Shown one piece after another: positions 12,481 to 22,236 of a stretch of DNA of 64,000 bases (positions within the stretch are counted from its first letter, which is position 1; each line of letters starts with the position of its first letter). The DNA is from Antedon mediterranea (Eukaryota > Animalia > Echinodermata). The stretch covers positions 10,190,101 through 10,254,100 of the forward strand of contig NC_092677.1 of NCBI RefSeq assembly GCF_964355755.1, written 5' to 3'. A program made the position numbers and the translations under genes. The notes beneath the pieces were generated by a model. It did not search any database. It was not told the DNA's origin and saw nothing but the letters and a program-made list of their open reading frames with translations.

Positions 12481-14240
12481 ACTATATTTTTTGTATTTCT
12501 GCCTAAGTCAGCTGTGAGGAGAGCTGACTTATGATCTGCCTAACTCACTGCTCATATCATTATACTGCCCTCTGTACATTATCTGAGTGCTTTTATATAC
12601 ATTTGCACATGCTCAGATCGTTGTTTGTCTTTCTGCTTAAGTCAGCTGTGTGACTAGGCTAATTAAGAAGAGGAGACTCATGATTTTTTAATTCTTTCTC
12701 TTTTATTGCTACTTTCCTTTTCTAAAATCATCAGTGTTAATTTTAATCTGAAGAGCTGATGCTATTAAATTTTGTTACTTAGGCCTAAAGGTAGCATTTT
12801 TTTGTATATAGATGATATTGACAGCCTCATAACAAAAGTGTCTAAGTCATAATTTGTTTTTTTTTCTGCCTAACTCACTGCTTATATCAATATACTATAT
12901 TTTTTGTGTTTCTGCCTAAGTCAGCTGTGTGACTTAGGCAATTAAAGAGAGGAGACTCATGATTTTTTAAATAAAATAAGAAATACATTTTTATAGTATA
13001 TTTTTTAACCCATTTGTTACAAATTCTTTCTCTTTTATTGCTACTTTCTTTTTCTAAAATCATCAGTGTTAATTTTAATCTGAAGAGCTGATGCTATTAA
13101 ATTTTGTTACTTAAAGGTAGCATTTTTTTGTATATAGATGATATCGACAGCCTCATAACAAAAGTTTCTTAGACATAATTTTTTGTTTGTTTTTTTGCCT
13201 AACTCACTGCTTATATCAATATACTATATTTTTTGTGTTTCTGCCCAAGTCAGCTGTGTGACTTAGGCAATTAAGGAGAGCTGACTTATGATCTGCCTAA
13301 CTCACTGCTTATATCATTTTGTTACTTAAAGGTAGAATTTTTTGTATATAGATGATATCGACAGCCTCATAACAAAAGTGTCTAAGACATAATTTTTTGT
13401 TTGTTTTTTTTCCTAACTCACTGCTTATATCAATATACTATATTTTTTGTGTTTCTGCCCAAGTCAGCTGTGTGACTTAGGCAATTAAGGAGAGCTGACT
13501 TATGATCTGCCTAACTCACTGCTTATATCAATATACTATATTTTTTGTGTTTCTGCCTAAGTCAGCTGTGTGACTTAGGCAATTAAGGAGAGCTGACTTA
13601 TGATCTGCCTAACTCACTGCTTATATCATTATACTGCCCTCTGTACATTATCTGAGTGCTTTTATATACATTTGCACATGCTCAGATCATGTTTTTGTGT
13701 GTTTCTGCCTAAGTCAGCTGTGTGACTTAGGCAATTAAGGAGTGTAGACTCATGATTTTTTAAATAAAATAAGAAATACATTTTTATAGTATATTTTTTA
13801 ACCCATTTGTTCTCTTTTATTGCTACTTTCCTTTTCTAAAATCATCAGTGTTAATTTTAATCTGAAGAGCTGATGCTATTAAATTTTGTTACTTAAAGGT
13901 AGAATTGTTTTGTATATAGATGATATCGACAGCCTCATAACAAAAGTGTCTAAGTCATAATTTTTGTTTTGTTTTTCTGCCTAACTCACTGCTTATATCA
14001 ATATACTATATTTTTTGTGTTTCTGCCTAAGTCAGCTGTGTGACTTGGGCAATTAAGGAGAGCTGACTTATGATCTGCCTAACTCACTGCTTATATCATT
14101 ATACTGCCCTCTGCACATTATCTGAGTGCTTTTATATACATTTGCACATCCTCAGATCGTTTTTTTGTGTTTGCAATTAAGGAGAGGAGACTCATGATTT
14201 TTTAAATAAAATAAGAAATACAATTTTATAGTATATTTTT
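12480..14240. repeat. Modular complex satellite with a hairpin core
   Basis: Core TGCCTAAGTCA-GCTGTG-TGACTTAGGCA recurs many times, interleaved with three other repeated modules in variable order. Confidence 0.9.
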
Positions 14241-14441
14241 AGTCACGTGGACGCGACTCTATAGTTCACTATGTCGGTCGGTCGGTCTGTCGGTCTGTCT
14301 GTCGGTCCGTTATCACTTTGCGTTTTATCGCTTTTCTGTACTTTTTGAACTGTTTTGATGTACAGAAAAGTTTTAAAGTACATTACTTTTTGAAAGTTCA
14401 TTTTTTTCTGAGAGCACGCGACTTATGGCTGTTGGCCTTGT
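14241..14441 (+). mobile_element. Short complete HINE/DINE-1-like element
   Basis: Same 5' end and microsatellite as 10956; 3' subterminal repeat GCACGCGACT and GGCCTTGTT terminus in T-rich flanks. A minimal relative at about 37450-37512 has a GCCAT-GTAT-ATGGC stem-loop. Confidence 0.72.
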
Positions 14442-14856
14442 TTTTACGTATTCTCGTATTGAAAGCTATTATGTCACTCACACACAATTGCCAGCTGTCA
14501 GTCAAACTCATCTAACTATCACTTAAACCAATAATAGGCCTAATAGGATTAGCTTTGAACTTTTACAGGATAAGGGGATAAAGGAAACTGCTTGTAGTAT
14601 GCCACTACTACTACCCCTTAGGAGATCATTCTAATGTGTCGCTATTTTCTCCTTTGAAAACAATCTCAATCATAAAATAATTTAGCTGTATTATAGCTCT
14701 ATGCTGAGTATAAACTAGAGGTAAATCCCTACAGAAAACCCCATAAAACATACAAATTAGAATACCTCTTTTGGGAAACCGCAATTGATAAGACACTTTT
14801 CCGTGAAACAAATTAATGGAACTTTGTAACACTACGGTAACCGAAGAATCCCCTTA

Positions 14857-15014
14857 AGCTTGGTTCCCATTAGGACGCAACGCAAAGATGTAAACGCGAT
14901 GCAAGCGTGTTGACCAATAACAAGCGAGAGTTCCAGTAGTCCATCGCTTGTAATTGGTCAACTTACTTACGTTGCGTTACGTCCTTGCGTCGCGTGTCTA
15001 GTGGAAATCAGGCA
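14857..15014. mobile_element. MITE family C copy
   Basis: Degenerate TIRs, TTA on both flanks, interior shared with 5956-6134. Confidence 0.8.
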
Positions 15015-15614
15015 TTATAGGCCTATCGACGATTGGAAAAACACAAGCTGACATAATATAAGGATAGGCCTACTACTCAGTGCAACACCAAGTGTATATA
15101 ACTTGGTTGTCTTTCTAGTCTGAATATACAGTACCATGTACTGTAATTCATTATTATAGAGTTTCGGTTATTTAAACAAAAATTATTAATTATAATAATT
15201 ACAATGACGTCACTCGGTTTGTGTCACACCAGATTCGGAATAGCCATGATCGAGCGAGTTTAGGAAGTACGTCTATAATAACACCTGCAGGCGGTCTTGG
15301 TCAAGTCACAATTGAATTGTCGTTTTGAAAAAGCTCATGTCGTCGTCAATATACTATTAACAATAGAGCACTCGATACAGGCACAGTATGCTTTTAGTTG
15401 GGTTGCTGCTTTAAAATTGTTTCTTCATTCGTAAATAAAAATCCACTAAGAGAAGGAAGATTTGAAGTATATTCAGAGGAACGCCTTTTTATTGTGAAAT
15501 ATTTTATCAACAGGCTACTTACTTTGCTTGATTTTTTAAGCGGTTTTTTGATTCGCCAAACGATACGTTTGTTAGGATTATCATGTCGACGTTTTGTAAT
15601 ATTATCATCACGAA

Positions 15615-18600
15615 ATGATGGTCTCCCGTCGTTCAAGGCACCCTATGCAAAGAAGGTGAGTGTTTCACATTTTTTATACTCGGTGATTGAGAAGTATGGA
15701 GAGAGAAGACTTTCATAAACGATAGGTAGGCGATACATGCTATAAACAAGTTCCCAATCGAATATGATGGAAATGAATATAATAAGGTAACGCAGAAGTG
15801 ATAATGGGAATTTATTGAGTTTGATACTGAAGACTTTTTGCTTGTTTTTGTATTTTTGTGAATGTTTTTTTGTGTGATATGATATTTCTTGTGTGAATAT
15901 TTTCTGATATATTTTTATTGAAATGCTGTATTTTATCTTTATGTGATACTTAGTATGGGGATTCACAGGCTCTTGTCATAGGGATTTAGTTCCCCTTTGT
16001 GCATGTTTCCTGCGACTTACTTTGTAGTTGTTTGTTGTTTAAGAATAATAAGGAAACGTATGTTTATTTGATGATGAAATAATCCTGAATTTACGGCCAA
16101 TATGTAAAAAGATGCCATCCGTAGCCTACATGCTAACTACTACTCAGCAAATAGGCCATATTTATTTTGATAAGTCAGTGTTGGGCAAAAGCCGCTTAAA
16201 AAAAATCGTCTTAAAATAAACTTTGCGGATACATTAATGTCAAGATAAACAGGAAACATCGATTTATCAAATCAAGTTTAACTAAAAATAAACATTGTTA
16301 CAAAATGATAATGAAACATTTACGACATCGTTGTTCTAATTTCAGATATTTGGACCACCATGTGATAGGCCTACATGAAACTCAGAAAATATGGAAGAAT
16401 TGTGCATAATAGTTTGTAGCCGATGCAATCACGACAGTAGCTTGTCTCTCATTACTGGGTAATCTGAACTGATTAATTTATCCAGAATGCGTCAGTTGCC
16501 ACCGATTTATATACCAACTGGTTCTTCTGATGACAACTCTGACGTCACAACAGATCGTTGTTTATCAGCGCCTTCATATGCAGCAGCACAATTGGATCAC
16601 TGCCAGACTACTCCAGAAGTACCACCAGTAACAGCATTAAATGGAACTTCTAACAACCACCACATCGAGCCATCAGAGAATGTTGTATTTTCTCTTCCAT
16701 CAAGCGCATGCAGGTTTTATTTTGATGGGATTACCCTCGAGTCTACAGTAGAAGATATCAAGAAGAGATTAGAATTGGAACTGGGTCTGCCGTCTGATGC
16801 TGTCCAATTGATACTGGTGTGCGCTGCTGGGAAGTGCCAGATGAATGGAACTACCAATTCGTCACGTCTCGTTGATGTGATAGGATGCACAACGGCGTCT
16901 ACTCATGCAGTGAATGTGCAAATTGAGATCTGCCAAAGTTTACTCAAGACGTTTCGATTAGCCTGCGAAGGAAATGTAGACGAGGTAGGTAATATTCTCT
17001 ATATTGATTTATTCATTCATATTCATTATTGTCACGTCAGCATTACCATCATATTTAGTATCAGCGTCATCAACCATTTCCTAGTAGATTTCTCTTATTT
17101 TTTCCACTTTCTTTTTTTCCCACTTATTTAAACTTTTTAGAATGTAGGCCTATGCTTTGTATGAACACCTATATATGATCAACATGAAAACACTTATCGT
17201 ACCAATAAAAACGTTTTCAAAAACGATTATCAATGAAAAAATTATCAATGAAACCACATATTTGCTTATTTTTATATGAAATATTCGTACCAATATCAAT
17301 GTTTAAAATTATTAAATAGGTCGCATGTTTGCTTCTTTACTTTTGACATAAATACATCATCTAATCCCATCACATGACATTTCTATAGAACAATGTATTT
17401 GAGCTGTGATTTTCATTATCTTTGTAAACTCTCTTCCTACAGTACTTCATAACATTCTCACTCTCGCTAATCGTCTCGCCTAGATATATCTTTCAAACAA
17501 TTTAAATCTGTGTTTTTGTACCATCATTTATCTTTACTTAAATCCAGATAATTTCGTCTGGAACTTTGGATCTTCTTGATACACCATTTCTCAAGAGTCT
17601 TCCCTGCGAGGACGTCATACGTGTTGTTCTGCAGAGATCGTTCTTGATGTTGTGTCTGGCTGTCAACAGAGGCCATTTTGGAGTTGTCGATACAATTTTG
17701 AAGAAAAGTAAGTCTTTAGAAAATACTCGCCTTCTCATTCGTATTTTTATTCGCCTTTGTTTATATATAGTGTACCGATAACGATATGTCATATCTAATT
17801 TTATACAATTTTCTTTCAGATGTTGATCCCAATACGTGTACTCCGTTTGGCCGAACGCCGCTTCACGTTGCAGCCTTCTGTGGACAAATTGATATCTTAG
17901 AAATTCTCCTGTCACACGGTGCTAACGTTTCCCTGAAGGATATGGACGGTAACACACCTCAAGACATCTCGGCAAGCCGAGGGCACACGAATTGTATTAG
18001 GCGGTTGTGGCTTCATCGCTGGAATCTTAGACCTCCGATATTGACCATGTGCCAACAAAAAGAAATCAACTCACGCGGTAGTAGTGCCAACAGGACAACG
18101 TTATCAACCAGCAACACTAGAACTTACAATAGCAACATGACTTTGGGAACTTGTTTAGCATTGAGAGCTCACGATGTGGTCAAATTGTGGTCCATGGAGT
18201 GTAGTGATCAAAGTCGACTTCACTCGTCTTTAGGAAAGCGTAAACCAAATTATATGGGGCGGACTAATTCAAAAACATTACAGAAATCGAACCCTGCTAA
18301 CCCTGGTAGTACTGGTGGTAATAATGGTGACGATCGTGAAACAACGTATGGTTCCACGAATAAATTATCAAGTGACGTTGACGATCGGGAATCATCTCGG
18401 TTTGGTTTCACGAGTAAAGGCCATCGTTCTCCCACAGTCTCCATATGTACCGTTGTTAATTTTAAGTCGCCGTTTTTAGTAGCTGAGATTTCACCGATAT
18501 CAAAAGATTTGGTTTCTCCAGCTGATGACGCAGAGAGTCGCCAGTGTAGTACAAAGAAAAGAGAACGTATTAATAGGTTAGTAAAGTCAACATAACACTC

Positions 18601-19342
18601 TTATGTTACTAAATTGACTACGACCATCTCTATGCACGAGAAGATGAATCATAATAGGTATGCAGTGATGATAAAGAATATATGAAAACGATGATTGTGT
18701 AAAGTCTGTCAACACTATCAAACTAAAGAAGTGTGATGTGCTCAAATATGGCAGTGATATTCCCAAAGATGGTAGTGATATGACATCATCATGTCCATAT
18801 GTGGGCACATCAAATGTTTCACATAAAGTTTGATAGTGTAGACAGAGCTTAAGGAATGATGAGTGATGACGATGACGTTATCCACCATTCACCCACTCAT
18901 TATTTCAGTTAATATCCATAGAGAGAATATATATATTATTGTAACAAAAGAAATGTATCCTGAGAAATATAAAATTGATAAATGATTTTACACAATCTAT
19001 TGTACAATTTTGAATTTGAATTGAGTATATTTAAATTTTTGTATTTCCAGAAATGAAAGCATTGACCGACACGTCTTAATGAGAAAATTGGTCCACTTCC
19101 ATCGACCACCGGCGGCTGTTTCAACAGAGAAAAGTCGACCAAAAACAACCCCTCCAGACTTTCAGGCGTGGCTAACAAAGAAGAACACAAACGCGAAAAA
19201 AGAAGCGATCGCAGAACACGAAAGAAGTGAGAAAATGATAGAATATAAGAGTGAACGTAAAGAACTGAATGAGAGAGCTTATAAAAACTGGCTAAGTAAT
19301 AAACGACGCCTTGTTAAGCCTAGAACTAGCAGTTCAATTTGA
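15615..19342 (+). CDS. Ubiquitin-like plus ankyrin-repeat protein (ANKRD60-like), about 582 aa
   Basis: Exons 15615-15655, 16486-16984, 17548-17707, 17820-18576, 19051-19342 join in frame (1749 nt). Ubl-like segment FDGITLESTVEDIKKRLELELGLPSDAVQL; ankyrin motifs GRTPLHVAAFCGQIDILEILLSHGANVSLKDMDGNTPQDISASRGHTNCIRRL. Orthology (ANKRD60 vs ANKUB1) is inferred. Confidence 0.8.
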
Positions 19343-19671
19343 TTCAATAATTAAGTATTTTAATATTGATTAACTCATAACTTTATTAGAATATAATACA
19401 ATTTTTATTTTATAATAAAATAATTCAATTGTGGATGTTAGATTTCTTTAGCAGTCAGTGGAAGATAGCTTAAAATTACTTATTTTAGTTTTATCAAATA
19501 ATCTTGTTTTGACAACTCTTGTAACATTACTACGGTGCTGATTTTTGCCATTTTCCCGTTACTGTAATATTATTTCCTTTTTATACCTGCCTATAGCCTA
19601 TAAAGCCTACTTATACTATATATATTTCTAATATTATTAATATGCTATTTATTTACTATTACTGTGCTCTC

Positions 19672-19838
19672 AGAAGTTTGGTCTAGACTAGAATGTTCGC
19701 GTACTTAAAACGTCATCACTAGTTATCATAACCCTGCCTTATTTATTATCTACAGACCTAGCATGCCATTAGGCCTATGACGAGCAGACTATAATTAGTA
19801 CATTCTTGGAGCACGCCACTACATTGCATTCATATAAG
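19672..19838 (+). promoter_or_regulatory. sHSP promoter: imperfect heat-shock elements and TATA box
   Basis: aGAAtgTTCgcGtAc at 19690-19704, aGtAcaTTCttGgAg at 19797-19811, and CATATAAG at 19831-19838, about 80 bp upstream of the ATG. Confidence 0.6.
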
Positions 19839-19914
19839 CCTAAATGTCAATTACATCTCAGTGAAATATAATAACTGCTACACGACTAACCTATACTGTT
19901 CAAAGATATTTGTT

Positions 19915-20853
19915 ATGGAAAATATGTTTAGCTTTAAAATCGACTCCGGTCGCCGTTTGTCTGATGACTGGGAACCATTTAAGTTCTCAAACGAGCGGTT
20001 ACGAAGCCGACTCAGAGATCGATCGAAGTTGTTTGATGATTCCTGGTTTAAAGAATTGCCAATTTCTCGACGACTTCTCGACGATAAGTTTCCATGGGAT
20101 GACGATAAAGAATGGAAGAGTAAGAGATTAGGAAAGGATGTTGCAACCGAGCCTCTTTCTTCCGGTCAGACAGTTCAACTGCATCGGCAAAGTTTGTTTG
20201 ACGATCCGTGGTTTAAGGATTTTATGGATGAAGAAGATTCACTGTTTAAAACAAGTGAATGCAGCAAGAAATCATCTGCAGAAGCACTGTCAGCAGCAGC
20301 AGAAAGTAAAGAGGTTGTGTCATCAGAGAACTTTCAAGTGACATTTGAAATGGGTAACTTCGAAGCAGAAGAGATTGAAGTGACACTTGATGGTGACAAT
20401 TTAACAATACATGGTCAGAAATCAACGTCTGGTGAGTGCCGTGAGATGTTTAAATATTATAAACTTCCAGATAACATCAATACAGATGCTTTGGCATCAA
20501 GTCTTTCAAAAGACGGATTGCTAAAAGTAACCGCACCATGGAAAGAGGCTCCTCCTAAAGAAGCAGTTGCAGATTATCAAGTGGAGATACCATTGGCGGA
20601 TTTCAAACCTGAAAACATTGATGTGAGCCTCGATGGACGTAGAGTTAAGGTGCATGCAAAGACGTCTGATGAAAATGCAACCACGGGTGAAGAAGTCACC
20701 AGATGGTTCACGCTGCCAGACACGGCTAGCACTGATGGTCTGAAATCCTGTATAGGCGATGATGGTTCGATAATAATTCAGCTGCCATTCGCAAGTGGCG
20801 GTGGATCGCTGGAGATATCTTGTGGCAAAGAGGCTAAGGATGACAATAAATGA
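19915..20853 (+). CDS. Intronless small heat-shock protein (HSP20 family) with two alpha-crystallin domains, p40-like architecture, about 312 aa
   Basis: First ATG at 19915 follows a TATA-like element. ACD1: FQVTFEMGNFEAEEIEVTLDGDNLTIHG...YKLPDNINTDALASSLSKDGLLKVTAP. ACD2: YQVEIPLADFKPENIDVSLDGRRVKVHA...FTLPDTASTDGLKSCIGDDGSIIIQLP. Also a WDPF-like WEPF and a C-terminal IXI-like LEI. Confidence 0.92.
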   Translation: MENMFSFKIDSGRRLSDDWEPFKFSNERLRSRLRDRSKLFDDSWFKELPISRRLLDDKFPWDDDKEWKSKRLGKDVATEPLSSGQTVQLHRQSLFDDPWFKDFMDEEDSLFKTSECSKKSSAEALSAAAESKEVVSSENFQVTFEMGNFEAEEIEVTLDGDNLTIHGQKSTSGECREMFKYYKLPDNINTDALASSLSKDGLLKVTAPWKEAPPKEAVADYQVEIPLADFKPENIDVSLDGRRVKVHAKTSDENATTGEEVTRWFTLPDTASTDGLKSCIGDDGSIIIQLPFASGGGSLEISCGKEAKDDNK

Positions 20854-22236
20854 ACTGATTGCTATGTAGATTAAGAAGTTTTATCTTCATACGTAAAACA
20901 TGGACATTATTGTGTTGATATTGTATGGTAATATTCGATTATAGGCCCTTTTCTCTATAGGCCTACATTATAGGCCCCTTTCTCTATAGGCCTACATTAA
21001 GATTCTAACATATTAAGCTTATCGTGAGGTATGTTTATACAAGATAACTAAAGACGATATAAATATACCTTTTTAAATTAATTAAATAAAATTTTTTAAT
21101 TTCTTTTTATTGACTGATTTGTGAAAATATTATTTTTATCGAAAGCATATGAAAACTTTTATAATTTTGTTAGGAAATTACCGTAATGTATTTGGTATTT
21201 TATCGTCGTTCGATCGTCCCAGTATCAGCTTTGAATAAATGGTCAGGCATGGATGCTCCAATATGCCTAATATTTTCGGTTGTATATATACCGACAGAAA
21301 AATGTTTTCCTTGTAGGCCTAAAAATGTGTATCTGTAAACATATAGGCCTATATCAGATCATCGATGTGCATTCAGCATTTTGCAACATTGGGTCATAAG
21401 GTCAACATTTGTCACATAAATTCTTAACAAACAATTCTGATTGGTTCTTCTTAAATGTTCTATCAGTCTAAATTGAATTCCTAAGTTTGTATAACGTGAG
21501 TTTACATTCCGTTCTTTACCATCATAAAGGCATCGGGCAAGGGACATCTGCAAACTGAATTTAGAGAATATAAAATAAAAGCGATCGGATTTTGGGGTTA
21601 AGAGTGTGTTGATTGTTTTCTTTTATAATCATGTTGTTTGTGAAATAACTTAATCCTTTTATTGTATTAAATATTGTTTTTATATGCTATCTTTTAGAAT
21701 ACAGATTATTGTATTTTATATTTTAAACAATCAAATTTCATGATAAAGACATACCTGTATTCGTGACCGTGAAATACAGAAAACGATGACGTCATACCGG
21801 TAACTGATCAATTTGATCCGTAAATTGTGTCTCTGTCGTTTTATGATAATGATTATTTCAACAATAATATTATAATCTACTTAGTTAATAACCAATGATT
21901 TGTCTGTCAGTTTTGCCCGACACTTGTTAATGTATTGGATTGATAATAAACAAAACGTTTTTACGATGTATATTTCTTTGTTTGATAACGATATTCGTGA
22001 ATGACCATGCATGGTACTCGTATAAACATATTTTTTATTTTAGTTTTTCATTTCATCTTTCGGAGTTTACATCCTGAGAATAACATAAAAGTACAAAAAA
22101 TTGCTCAGGGATATAAGATGAATTTATTATTTATCTTCAGTTAAAAAAACTTTGTGTGTGTAGAGGGCGCTATATTAATTGGGTGGTGGCGGTACCACAG
22201 TCATAAAACTGAAATAAATGTTCTGTGTTATGGAAA

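Noticed and set aside
15394-15966. Overlapping 80-107 aa ORFs on both strands
   Set aside because: Low-complexity AT-rich translations around the first exon and intron of the ankyrin gene; only 15615-15655 is supported by splice phase.
19861-19914. Longer sHSP N-terminus from the ORF track
   Set aside because: It begins at GTG only ~25 bp after the TATA-like box, so it is probably 5' UTR; ATG 19915 is preferred.
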